Origin: a virus
Lineage: Duplodnaviria > Caudoviricetes
Strand: one strand, 5' to 3'
IMG/VR virus record: IMGVR_UViG_3300040971_000358
Location: 1 to 35,167 of that record
DNA: 35,167 nucleotides
Shown: in pieces, positions 1 through 8,590 of the stretch
Numbering within the stretch: the stretch's first letter is position 1
Layout of the letters: each line of letters opens with the position of its first letter
Translations under genes and position numbers: made by a program
The notes under the pieces: generated by a model
The model's database searches: none
Told to the model about the DNA's origin: nothing
What the model saw: only the letters and a program-made list of their open reading frames with translations

Positions 1-465
1 TTAATATTCCAAATCCTCAGAGAGTGGTTTGGCATTTGGAATGAGGTTGATACGCCGGGCAGTCAGAGAGTCGTCCTGCCCCATGATCGCATGTACCATA
101 ACCGTCATCCCGGATATCAGTCCTGTGCCCTCGTCCACGACTTGTCCTCTTGGAAATCGAATGATGGTGTCGGGAGTCAGGGCAATCGTGATCGTTGAGT
201 CATCTATTAAGGTTAGTGAAATACTGGATTCATCAATTGCAGCAATGACCCCTTTATAATTCATCGGTTGTCCATGCGGATTACCGGTAATGCCGGCAGC
301 TTGATTGATGGCATTTTGAGTAGCCATTGCGCCAGGTGTTTTTAACAATCCGGGTGGGGTTTTTTTGCCAACAACGGGACTTGCCGAAGAAATGTTTAAG
401 GTGGATACCACCAAAAACAAAGTCATAATGAACGTAAACACGATCAGAAATCTTTTAATTTTCAT
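1..465 (-). CDS. Host secreted protein, DUF5666-like (OB-fold-like) domain
   Basis: Likely start MKIKRFL at 465 after SD AGAGG. Signal peptide, PPGLLK motif, then YKGVIAAID...ITIALTPDT...GMTVMVHA...LTARRI, resembling DUF5666. Lies outside the att site. Confidence 0.6.
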   Translation of the reverse strand: MKIKRFLIVFTFIMTLFLVVSTLNISSASPVVGKKTPPGLLKTPGAMATQNAINQAAGITGNPHGQPMNYKGVIAAIDESSISLTLIDDSTITIALTPDTIIRFPRGQVVDEGTGLISGMTVMVHAIMGQDDSLTARRINLIPNAKPLSEDLEY

Positions 466-742
466 GATTACCTCTAATTCTGCAATACCAATAATTAATC
501 TACTTTTTATTATACCCATCAAAAAGGAAAAAATACCTTTCAATATCGATGACCTGTTTTTGACCCTGCGACTTATTTTTACCCGATATGATTCGTTTTT
601 GTTTCAGAAATTAATCAAAAACAAAGAAAACGAATCAAATTTGAATTCAAAAAAATGGTTTTGGTTGGTGCTTTGTTTTTTGTTTTTATGCACGAATCAT
701 TAGCCTTTATTCTAAAGAAAATGAAACCTTTGTAGCGAGATT

Positions 743-770
743 ATTATAGAACTTTTGTTCTTTTTGTCAA
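743..770 (-). promoter_or_regulatory. Sigma70-type promoter with LexA (SOS) box in the spacer
   Basis: Minus strand TTGACA-16 nt-TATAAT. AGAAC-TTTT-GTTCT at 748-761 matches the Gram-positive/Chloroflexi LexA box. Confidence 0.7.
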
Positions 771-807
771 GTGAGTGGATAAAAGAGGGAACAGATATTT
801 TGTCATT

Positions 808-858
808 AAACAATAACCTGACTGCGCTTATTGATTGTCGCAATCAGGTTGTGTTTTG
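808..858 (-). terminator. Hairpin downstream of the tRNA 3' end (original host tRNA terminator)
   Basis: Imperfect inverted repeat AAACAATAACCTGACTGCG / CGCAATCAGGTTGTGTTT immediately 3' of the tRNA fragment on the minus strand. Confidence 0.5.
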
Positions 859-868
859 CCATTATTTT

Positions 869-907
869 TGTCGGGGCGGGCGGATTTGAACCGCCGACCT
901 CCCGGAC
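869..907 (-). repeat. Prophage left att core: 3' half of tRNA-Pro
   Basis: Minus strand GT-CCGGG-AGGTC-GGCGG-TTCAAAT-CCGCC-CGCCCCG-A gives anticodon 3' strand, variable loop, T-arm and acceptor 3' strand with G72/A73, typical of tRNA-Pro. The 5' half is absent. Confidence 0.85.
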
Positions 908-949
908 TTACAGTTATTACCTATCATACCGCAAAAAGGCAAAATCGGA

Positions 950-1171
950 ATGTATGATTTTGTATGTGCGGATTCCAGTATTTCGTTGACAAAAGCGGAG
1001 AAAGAAGCCCTCCATTATTTGATGCAGGGTGATACTCAAGCACAAGCTGCCGTTCGGTTAGGAATCAGTGAGCGGTCTGTCAACAGGCGGTTGGAATCCG
1101 TTCGCAGAAAAACAAAATGCAAAAGCACTATAGAAACTGTTGTTTTTGTGCTTCAAAACCGATTAATATAG
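950..1171 (+). CDS. LuxR/GerE-type HTH protein, probable late-gene activator
   Basis: LTKAEKEALHYLMQG-TQAQAAVRLGISERSVNRRLESVRRK is a LuxR C-terminal HTH pattern. It directly precedes the late operon. Confidence 0.75.
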   Translation: MYDFVCADSSISLTKAEKEALHYLMQGDTQAQAAVRLGISERSVNRRLESVRRKTKCKSTIETVVFVLQNRLI

Positions 1172-1272
1172 TGTCGTATTTCCCCCGGTAGTAAATTAAT
1201 TCTATATGCTTTATCGTTTAATGGTGATCAGTCCTGGTCACCATTATTGGTATTTTATAGGTGAGGTGAGAG

Positions 1273-1722
1273 ATGAAGCAGTTCTTTAAATGGTTGTTCC
1301 GTGCCTTCGTGTTTATGGCCGCAGTCGTGGTCGTCTTATTTGCCCTTGATTACGTTCTCCCACCTGGCTGGGAACTGGGCGCTCTCTTCATCCTTTCGAT
1401 CGCATCCGCTGCCCTGTCTTTGATGTTCAGTTACTTCAAAGGCTGGCGGGTAGAGTTTGCTTCCCTTCCTGACAAATATAAATCATGGGTCAATATACTC
1501 GCCGTTATCATCGTTGCTGGAGTTGTTTATGGATTGGGCTGCTCAGGTCTATTAACTATCGTGGGATTGGTCTGCACAGTCGCTGGTCTGAAAACATTCC
1601 TTACTTACATTGCAGTATCCCTTGTGATCAACCAGACATTTGATTACCTCAGTGTTGATTCTCCCGATGTGAAGGCATTGAAAGCGGGAAAGATCGTCAA
1701 GCGCAATACTATTCAAGGATAA
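1273..1722 (+). CDS. Multi-pass membrane protein, putative holin
   Basis: About four hydrophobic segments, basic C-terminus, SD GAGGTG. First gene of the late operon. Confidence 0.5.
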   Translation: MKQFFKWLFRAFVFMAAVVVVLFALDYVLPPGWELGALFILSIASAALSLMFSYFKGWRVEFASLPDKYKSWVNILAVIIVAGVVYGLGCSGLLTIVGLVCTVAGLKTFLTYIAVSLVINQTFDYLSVDSPDVKALKAGKIVKRNTIQG

Positions 1723-1726
1723 TCCA

Positions 1727-2014
1727 GTGGAAGCCGACCTGGTTTCATTACTGGTGCAAGTTCCTTTAGTGGGAGTCTTCATCTGGTATTCGCTTGAAAT
1801 GAATAAGCGATCCAACCAAACCCAGAAGGAATTCATGAACGCGCTTGATAAAAGAGATGAAGCATTCGACAAGCGAAATTCTGCTGTGATCACAGCCATC
1901 AATAGCATGAATGAATCGATCTGTACTCAGTTGAAGAACATTCAACATCAAGACGAGGATCATGATCGATTTGTTCGTGATAACACTGTGAAGCGTCGAT
2001 CATCCCCTAAGTGA
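1727..2014 (+). CDS. BhlA/UviB-like holin
   Basis: Single N-terminal TM (LLVQVPLVGVFIWY) followed by a charged coiled coil. Confidence 0.5.
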   Translation: MEADLVSLLVQVPLVGVFIWYSLEMNKRSNQTQKEFMNALDKRDEAFDKRNSAVITAINSMNESICTQLKNIQHQDEDHDRFVRDNTVKRRSSPK

Positions 2015-2415
2015 TTATCATGCCTCCTCGAGCCCAAAGAATCTGCAGTGCATCTGGATGCCCAGAGATTATAGCCTCTGGTTCTTTGTGTTCATCCCAC
2101 AAGAGAGCAGCTGATCAACTCAGAGGTTCTTCATCGAAGCGTGGTTATGGAAGTGGATGGCGCAAGATACGCGCAGCGTTTCTACAGAAACATCCTTGGT
2201 GCTGTGATCTATTTGGCGATCATCAAGGTAGGCAAATAAAAGCCAAGCATGTTGATCATATCTATCCCCGAGAAGAAGGTGGATCTGATATGGATACTAA
2301 CCTTCAGCCTTTATGCCAATCTTGTCACAGTAGAAAGACTGCTTTGCTCGACGGAGGCTTTGGAAATTCGAAGCAGGTAGGGGATATTAAATCTCTACGA
2401 AGCTTGCAAAAGTAA
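2011..2415 (+). CDS. Terminase-associated HNH endonuclease
   Basis: CxxxGC...CxxH N-terminus, RGYGSGW, VDHIYP..GG...NLQPLCQSCHSRKT. Sits directly upstream of terS, like HK97 gp74. Confidence 0.92.
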   Translation: MIIMPPRAQRICSASGCPEIIASGSLCSSHKRAADQLRGSSSKRGYGSGWRKIRAAFLQKHPWCCDLFGDHQGRQIKAKHVDHIYPREEGGSDMDTNLQPLCQSCHSRKTALLDGGFGNSKQVGDIKSLRSLQK

Positions 2416-2460
2416 ACCGTGTGCTAGGCAGATTTTTGTGTGTACGGGTTGGGAGAGTAG
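2377..2460 (+). other. Probable cos/packaging-initiation region
   Basis: Position between HNH and terS, with the GGGG..AAATCTCT..ACCG..TTTTT layout common in cos phages. Exact cut site not determinable. Confidence 0.35.
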
Positions 2461-2480
2461 AAAAATCTTGAACGGATATT

Positions 2481-2939
2481 ATGCCAGGTCCTCCACCAAA
2501 AAACCCTGTGGTTCGGCAGCGCAGAAACAAGTCGTCGAGCCGGGCTATTCTCATCAGCAACCCTGCAAGCATGTTGGCCGACCACCCTATGCCGGAGCTC
2601 GGAGGAAAAAAGAAATGGCACCCAATGGCAATAATGTTCTGGCAATCAGTTTGGGAATCTCCGATGAATTCGGAATACATTCGGGGAGACGAGCTGGCAC
2701 TGCTGAGGTTGTTGTTCCTGCATGACCAGTACTGGAAACGACGCAGCCTTGAAGTTGCAAAAGAGATCAGGCTGATGGAAAAAGAATTTGGATTAACACC
2801 CATGAGCCGGCGACGTTTGGAATGGACGATCGGCGAAGTCAACGAAGCAAAAGAAAAACATGAAGTCAATCGAGCCAAGAGAGCCAGAAAAATGATTGAC
2901 GCCAAAGCAGTAGATCCACGCGAGGTATTGGACACATGA
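2481..2939 (+). CDS. terS: Terminase small subunit
   Basis: MPGPPPK..RQRRNK N-terminus and EIRLMEKEFGLTPMSRRRL motif. Overlaps the terL start (ATGA). Confidence 0.85.
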   Translation: MPGPPPKNPVVRQRRNKSSSRAILISNPASMLADHPMPELGGKKKWHPMAIMFWQSVWESPMNSEYIRGDELALLRLLFLHDQYWKRRSLEVAKEIRLMEKEFGLTPMSRRRLEWTIGEVNEAKEKHEVNRAKRARKMIDAKAVDPREVLDT

Positions 2940-4564
2940 CCACATTGATGATCCCAAAAGATACGATCAAATACCCAACCCTCGGACCGCAGATATGCGC
3001 CTGGATGGAAGAGTATTTGGTGCATGGTCCCGGGGATCTTCGCGGTCAACCCATTCGTCTGGATGACGAAAAACGTGCACTTCTTTATCGCCTCTACGAG
3101 ATCTTCCCGAAAGATCATCACCTTGCAGGACGCCGACGATTTAGGCGCGGCGCCATTAGTGAACCAAAGGGCACAGCGAAAACAGAATTCGCAGCCTTCA
3201 TTGCTGCAGCTGAGTTGCACCCTGATGCACCGGTTCGGTGCGATGGTTTTGATGCCAAGGGTCAACCTGTAGGAATTGGTGTCATAGATCCTTATATTCC
3301 AATGGTCGCATACACAGAAGAACAAAGCGACGAGCTGGCCTATTCGGCACTCAAAACAATTCTTGAATACAGCGTTTTAGTGGATGACTTCGATATCGGA
3401 ATCCAAAGAATTATGAGAATCAATGGTGACGGTAAAGCAGTCAGCCTGGCTTCATCCCCAGATTCAAGAGACGGCGCCAGAACCACTTTTCAAGTGTGCG
3501 ATGAAACCCACCGGTGGAATACCCCCCGGTTGATTAAGGCACATCGCACCATGTTGGCCAACCTGCCTAAGCGTTTGATCGCTGACCCCTGGAGTCTCGA
3601 GGTCACCACGGCGCCCGCACCAGGTGAAGGTTCTGTGGCTGAAAACACAATGGAGTATGCCCGTCAGGTCAATGAAGGAACTATTAAGGATAGCCAGCTC
3701 TTCTTCTTTCATCGCCAGGCCAGTGAAACACACGATCTAAATACAGCAGAAGGTCTTAGGGCAGCAGTAATAGAAGCCCGTGGACCTGCTGCAGTGTGGG
3801 CAGATATAGATGGCATTTGCGCTCAATTCCAGGATCCAACAGCAAACAGACCCTATCTTTGCCGTGTTTGGCTTAACCAATTGGTAAAAGGTGGCGACAG
3901 AGCATTCAACGTCGAAAAGTGGAAAAGCCTGAAGATCGAGAAAAAATTCAAACCCAAAAAAGGCGACACCATCACCCTCGGTTTTGACGGCGCCAGATGG
4001 GAAGATTCCGTGGCCATAGTGGCTACGCATTTGGAGACCGGTACCCAATGGGCTCCTGGATTGTGGGAAAAACCCACTGATAAACAGGAAGAAGAATGGG
4101 AAGCCCCAGAGGGCGAGATCAATAGTGTGGTCGAACATTTGTTTGAACAATTTAATGTTTGGCGAATGTACTGCGATCCGCCTTATTGGGAGTCACAAGT
4201 TGCTGCATGGTCTGGAAAATATGGCGACAAACGTGTGATCGCCTGGTGGACCAACCGATTAAAACAGACTGCCTATGCAATCAAGGCATTTAATACAGCC
4301 ATCAACGCAGGTGAGATTCTTAACGATGGCGACGAAAAACTTACAAGGCATATTGGTAATGCTGTCAGAAGAGATCTGCGGATAACCGACGACAAAGGTG
4401 AACCTCTGTGTGTGATTTACAAAGAAAGAAAAGACTCCCCCTTCAAGATTGATGGGGCCATGGCTGCAATTCTCTCATGGCAGGCACGGTGCGATGCGAT
4501 CGCAGCTGGTGTGGCCATGAATAACGATAGTGTGTACGAAAAGAGAGGAATCAGGCGGTTATGA
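2936..4564 (+). CDS. terL: Terminase large subunit
   Basis: Walker A PKGTAKT, Walker B VCDETH, nuclease LGFDG..D and KIDGAMA. Confidence 0.95.
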   Translation: MTTLMIPKDTIKYPTLGPQICAWMEEYLVHGPGDLRGQPIRLDDEKRALLYRLYEIFPKDHHLAGRRRFRRGAISEPKGTAKTEFAAFIAAAELHPDAPVRCDGFDAKGQPVGIGVIDPYIPMVAYTEEQSDELAYSALKTILEYSVLVDDFDIGIQRIMRINGDGKAVSLASSPDSRDGARTTFQVCDETHRWNTPRLIKAHRTMLANLPKRLIADPWSLEVTTAPAPGEGSVAENTMEYARQVNEGTIKDSQLFFFHRQASETHDLNTAEGLRAAVIEARGPAAVWADIDGICAQFQDPTANRPYLCRVWLNQLVKGGDRAFNVEKWKSLKIEKKFKPKKGDTITLGFDGARWEDSVAIVATHLETGTQWAPGLWEKPTDKQEEEWEAPEGEINSVVEHLFEQFNVWRMYCDPPYWESQVAAWSGKYGDKRVIAWWTNRLKQTAYAIKAFNTAINAGEILNDGDEKLTRHIGNAVRRDLRITDDKGEPLCVIYKERKDSPFKIDGAMAAILSWQARCDAIAAGVAMNNDSVYEKRGIRRL

Positions 4565-6267
4565 GTAATCAGCGCAGCTTGTTGCAAAAAATGTTGAATA
4601 TCCCCTCCCCTGCAGAACGTAAGATTGTTCAGGAAATTGAAAAACGCGGCGGGTTTGAGGTGGTGCTTGAAGCACTCAAAAGCAATCGTCTTTCAGCTCA
4701 AGGGTCAGTTACACCAGGGACTTCAATGCAAGTTGCTGCTGTTTATGCCTGCGTGAGATTAATTTCTGAAACGATTGCAAGCTTGCCACTTTTCCTATAT
4801 GAAGAAAAAGATGGTGAAAAAAGACGGGCAAAAGATCATTACCTATACCCAATTCTGCACGATCAAGCGAATCCATTGATGACTGCCATGGAATATTGGG
4901 AGACAACTCAAGGCCATAAAGAGCTTTGGGGAAATTCTTATTCACAATTGATCTACGATGAACGTGGACGGATTACTGAAATCTGGCCTCTGCGTCCAGA
5001 TCGAATGATAGAAATAAAAGTTGTTGGAGATCAAAAATATTTCTACTATCAACCGGATAGTGGCGGGGCTGTATGGTTGACTGACAATGAAGTGTGGCAC
5101 GAAACAGGGTTAAGTTCAAACGGAATTATTGGTTATTCTCCAATTTGGTTGATGCGAAAAACCGTTGCCCTTGCAATGGATGCAGAAGATTTCGGCTCAC
5201 GATTTTTCGTAAATGACGCCAGACCCGGGATCATTATTGAACACCCGACTGTACTTTCGGATAACGCCCACAAACACCTTAAAGAAAGTCTCGACGAAGA
5301 ACACACCGGGGTCGTCAATTCTCATAGGCCGATGATCCTTGAGGAAGGCGCAAAGTTGCATGAAGTTGGCATCCCACCGGGTGATGCTCAATTTTTAGAG
5401 ACAAGGCAATTTCAAGTAAGAGAAATTGCAAGAATTTTCAGGGTGCAACCTCATATGATTATGGATCTTCAACAAGCTACCTTTAGCAATATTGAGCACC
5501 AGGCGATAGATTTTGTGGTTCATTGTATTCGACCCCGTCTTGTAAAACGGGAACAAAGCATCAGAGCACACTTATTGTTGCCAAGTGAACGCAATCGCTA
5601 TTACGCTGAGCACCTGGTTGATGGGTTGCTTCGAGGAGATACCTTATCAAGATACCAGGCTTACGGTTATGCGAAACAATGGGGTTTCATGAGTACGAAT
5701 GACATTCGCCGAATGGAAAATATGAACTCAGTCGCTGGAGGCGATGTCTACTTATCTCCGTTGAATTACACCAATCAACAAGAAATTGGTAAAACGCCTC
5801 GGTCAATCGACCCAGTAGATGATTTCGATAAGAATCCTAAAGCGCTGCGTGACCTTATCTCTGTTCTTTATGGTGATGCTATGGCCAGGGTGATCAAGAG
5901 AGAAGTTCAGGATTTGAGAACACTTGCCAAGAAGCAATTGGTTAATGACGATGGCGAAAAATTTAGGAACGCATGTGCTGATTTTTACAAATCACATATC
6001 GATTGGGTCAAACGTCAGATTTTGCCGATCTTCACAAGTGTTCGAATGATATCCGCTGAATCCATCCCGGACCTTGACCTCCTGGTCGAAGAGTTTGGCA
6101 AAACCTATGAACAAAAGGCCCTTGAATCCATCAATTCTGCCCTAAATTCCGCAAAAAATCAGGGAAAAGGGTTATCAGACGCACTTGATTCTGAGCTGGA
6201 CGGTTGGAAAGAAAGCCGTGTGAACCTGGTCGTTGGCGAAGAATCCCGATTAATAATGCTCAAATAA
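4561..6267 (+). CDS. HK97-family portal protein with C-terminal extension
   Basis: AVYACVRLISETIASLPL, IWPLRPDR, DAQFLETR, IARIFRV, TFSNIEHQ, NDIRRMEN motifs. Confidence 0.95.
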   Translation: MSNQRSLLQKMLNIPSPAERKIVQEIEKRGGFEVVLEALKSNRLSAQGSVTPGTSMQVAAVYACVRLISETIASLPLFLYEEKDGEKRRAKDHYLYPILHDQANPLMTAMEYWETTQGHKELWGNSYSQLIYDERGRITEIWPLRPDRMIEIKVVGDQKYFYYQPDSGGAVWLTDNEVWHETGLSSNGIIGYSPIWLMRKTVALAMDAEDFGSRFFVNDARPGIIIEHPTVLSDNAHKHLKESLDEEHTGVVNSHRPMILEEGAKLHEVGIPPGDAQFLETRQFQVREIARIFRVQPHMIMDLQQATFSNIEHQAIDFVVHCIRPRLVKREQSIRAHLLLPSERNRYYAEHLVDGLLRGDTLSRYQAYGYAKQWGFMSTNDIRRMENMNSVAGGDVYLSPLNYTNQQEIGKTPRSIDPVDDFDKNPKALRDLISVLYGDAMARVIKREVQDLRTLAKKQLVNDDGEKFRNACADFYKSHIDWVKRQILPIFTSVRMISAESIPDLDLLVEEFGKTYEQKALESINSALNSAKNQGKGLSDALDSELDGWKESRVNLVVGEESRLIMLK

Positions 6268-6279
6268 AGGAGTTTTGAC

Positions 6280-6900
6280 ATGGAAAAACCTGTGATCGAA
6301 GGTAAAGAATTAAGAAATATTGTCGCCACCGAGCTGAGAACGATCGACGGTGGTAATGGAAAACGGAAAATCGAAGGGTATGCTGCGGTTTTCAATGAGA
6401 TGAGCGAAGACATTGGAGGTTTTCAAGAGAAAATCGCCGATGGAGCATTTTCATCAACCATTCAAAATGACGATATCATGGCGTTATGGAATCACAATGC
6501 CGATTACCCACTTGGAAGGAACAAAGCTGGCACCCTGACCTTGGAAGAGGATAACAAAGGGTTACGCTTTGTGATTGATCCGCCTGACACCCAATATTCC
6601 AGAGATCTGATCGTCTCCATTGACCGTGGAGATGTGGACCAGATGAGTTTCGGTTTTAGAACGATAAAAGATCACTGGGAAATGAATGGTGACAAGGTTG
6701 TAAGGACCCTGATCGAGGTCAAATTATATGATGTATCGCCGGTCACTTACCCGGCATACCCACAAACGAGTGCAGCAGTGCGCTCAAAACTGGAAGAGTT
6801 CACTCAAGCTGACCAGGTGGCCATGCAAGAGGCAAAAGTGAAGGCTGCGCAGGTGCGCAATCTGAACCGTAAGCGGAAACTCCAGATCTTATCCGTATAA
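6280..6900 (+). CDS. HK97-family prohead protease
   Basis: IEGYAAVF, ALWNHN, MSFGF, LYDVSPVTYPAY. SD AAGGAG. Confidence 0.95.
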   Translation: MEKPVIEGKELRNIVATELRTIDGGNGKRKIEGYAAVFNEMSEDIGGFQEKIADGAFSSTIQNDDIMALWNHNADYPLGRNKAGTLTLEEDNKGLRFVIDPPDTQYSRDLIVSIDRGDVDQMSFGFRTIKDHWEMNGDKVVRTLIEVKLYDVSPVTYPAYPQTSAAVRSKLEEFTQADQVAMQEAKVKAAQVRNLNRKRKLQILSV

Positions 6901-6918
6901 ACAATTTTGGAGGTAATG

Positions 6919-8169
6919 ATGAACGCAAGAGAATTACGTGACAAGCGCACCACCGTGTTGGATTCTGCCAGAACACTTGTTGAATTGGCAGAAAAAGAGG
7001 ACCGTGACTTGACCCAGGATGAGCAGAAGTCTTATGACGATGCCGTTGCTGAGGCTCAAGCGCTCGAAGCCCGGGCAACCCGACTCGAATCCCTTCCTCA
7101 GCAAACCCCTGCCCCACAGGTTCGCGGACAGGCCCCCGCATTCAACCGTACCAAAGCCGGTGAGACTGAAGAGCGCGCAATTGCCCATTATGTCAAAACA
7201 GGTGATGTCGGCGCTGTGCGCAGCTTGATGACTGTTGATCAGGAAGACCGTTCAGGTAACGGCCGCCCTGAAATCACAATCAAAATCCCGTCTTTGCGTG
7301 AAATGCGAGCTGTCACCAACAGCTCCATGAATATCACCACTGCCGGTGATGGCGGCAATGCTGTTCCCACCGGATTTGTAAACCAAATTGCAGCCCGGCG
7401 CAGCGAGATTCGCCTGGCAGATAGACTTGGCGTCCGCAGGGTTCCAGGCGTAGGTACAACCGTCAATTATCCCTTTGAAAATGCAGATGCACAGGAATTC
7501 ACAACGACTGCAGAGCAAAGCGATGCTCATGACGTACCTTACACCAGGGATGCCGCCCAACTTGGTTCAAAAGCCTTTACCCTGGTAAAGAAAACCAAGA
7601 AGATCGAGCTTACTGAAGAGCTTCTGGATGATGAGGATGCAAACCTCATGGATTTCGTGGCTGATAACATCGGCCGCGGTATTGCGCTCACTCATAACGG
7701 AATGTTGGTTGCCGAAGTAGGCGCTACCGGAACCGCTTTAAAGACCTTTGCCAGTCAAACCGCGATTGCTGCTGGTGAACCTGACGCAATGGTCTATCAC
7801 GACACACTGGCCAATTACCTGGATGATGGCGGATCTAACCATTGGGTTATGAAACCCTCCACTTTCGGCGCCATCAAGGGTCTGAGTGGGGATGCCAGAA
7901 TTTATGGTATCGCCACTACTGAAGGACGCAATTTGCTTGAATACCCTGTTCATTATTCAAGCAAAGCAGGCTCAATGGCAGCCGACGCGAAATCCGTCTT
8001 ATTCGGCAACTGGTATTACATGGGCATGCGTGAAGATCCTGTGCTTCGGTTGATCAGAGACATCTACTCGGTAGATGGAATGGTCATCTTGAAGTACAGC
8101 TTCAGAGCCGTGTATGGTCAGTTGATCGCTGGCGCCATTGGCTACGGAAAACAAGCCGCAGCCGGATAG
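6919..8169 (+). CDS. Major capsid protein (HK97 fold, N-terminal scaffold domain)
   Basis: Coiled-coil N-terminus, DGGNAVPTGF, ELTEELLDD, VLFGNW. SD GGAGGT; start at 6916 or 6919. Confidence 0.92.
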   Translation: MNARELRDKRTTVLDSARTLVELAEKEDRDLTQDEQKSYDDAVAEAQALEARATRLESLPQQTPAPQVRGQAPAFNRTKAGETEERAIAHYVKTGDVGAVRSLMTVDQEDRSGNGRPEITIKIPSLREMRAVTNSSMNITTAGDGGNAVPTGFVNQIAARRSEIRLADRLGVRRVPGVGTTVNYPFENADAQEFTTTAEQSDAHDVPYTRDAAQLGSKAFTLVKKTKKIELTEELLDDEDANLMDFVADNIGRGIALTHNGMLVAEVGATGTALKTFASQTAIAAGEPDAMVYHDTLANYLDDGGSNHWVMKPSTFGAIKGLSGDARIYGIATTEGRNLLEYPVHYSSKAGSMAADAKSVLFGNWYYMGMREDPVLRLIRDIYSVDGMVILKYSFRAVYGQLIAGAIGYGKQAAAG

Positions 8170-8189
8170 TTAAATCTTTTCTAAATTCA

Positions 8190-8218
8190 ATGCTGAGGGG
8201 AAAACATCCCCTCAGCAT
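8190..8218 (+). terminator. Hairpin after the capsid gene
   Basis: ATGCTGAGGGGA-AAACA-TCCCCTCAGCAT with a weak U-tract; attenuator or stabiliser. Confidence 0.55.
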
Positions 8219-8239
8219 CATTCAAGAGAAAGGTCCAAA

Positions 8240-8569
8240 ATGGCTGAAAAGGAAGTTTTGGTAAGAGCTAAGCAAAGTTTTGCCTCCATGACCAACGGCG
8301 AGGTGTTTCAAGTGACAAAAGGCAAAATCCTTGCTTTGCCAAAAGGCGCTGACTGGGTGAAAGCTGGATTGGTAGAGGTTTTGGGTAAAGGATCAGATCC
8401 GGAAACCACAAGTAAAACCACCCCTGAAACTACCACTGCCAAACCGGCAGGAAAAGAAAAAGCAACTGTATCACCCCCTGAAACAGCTACCGGTGAGACG
8501 GCATTGCCACCTGCCGGTGAACCCGTCGTTTCTGTAGAAACAGCTACCGGTGAGACGGCAAAAGAGTAA
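8240..8569 (+). CDS. Hypothetical head-region protein with low-complexity Thr/Pro/Glu tail
   Basis: SD AAAGG; typical small gene after the capsid gene; ETATGETA repeats. Confidence 0.65.
   Translation: MAEKEVLVRAKQSFASMTNGEVFQVTKGKILALPKGADWVKAGLVEVLGKGSDPETTSKTTPETTTAKPAGKEKATVSPPETATGETALPPAGEPVVSVETATGETAKE
8480..8560 (+). repeat. 24-bp direct repeat GAAACAGCTACCGGTGAGACGGCA (8480-8503, 8537-8560)
   Basis: Exact in-frame duplication encoding ETATGETA. Confidence 0.9.
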
Positions 8570-8590
8570 TCTGCCAATTTGTGAGGAAAA

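Noticed and set aside
365-703. 112-aa plus-strand ORF
   Set aside because: AT-rich shadow overlapping the host gene and its upstream region; no SD or motif.
869-907. Complete tRNA-Pro gene
   Set aside because: Only the 3' half is present; no D-arm or 5' acceptor strand follows. Treated as the att core.
2387-3325. Long antisense ORFs (also 14360-15019, 15356-16237, 18310-18957, 34250-34903)
   Set aside because: They lie opposite well-supported genes and have no recognisable motifs.
8480-8560. 24-bp repeats with a 33-bp spacer as a mini-CRISPR
   Set aside because: Only two copies, in frame within a low-complexity coding region, and no cas genes.
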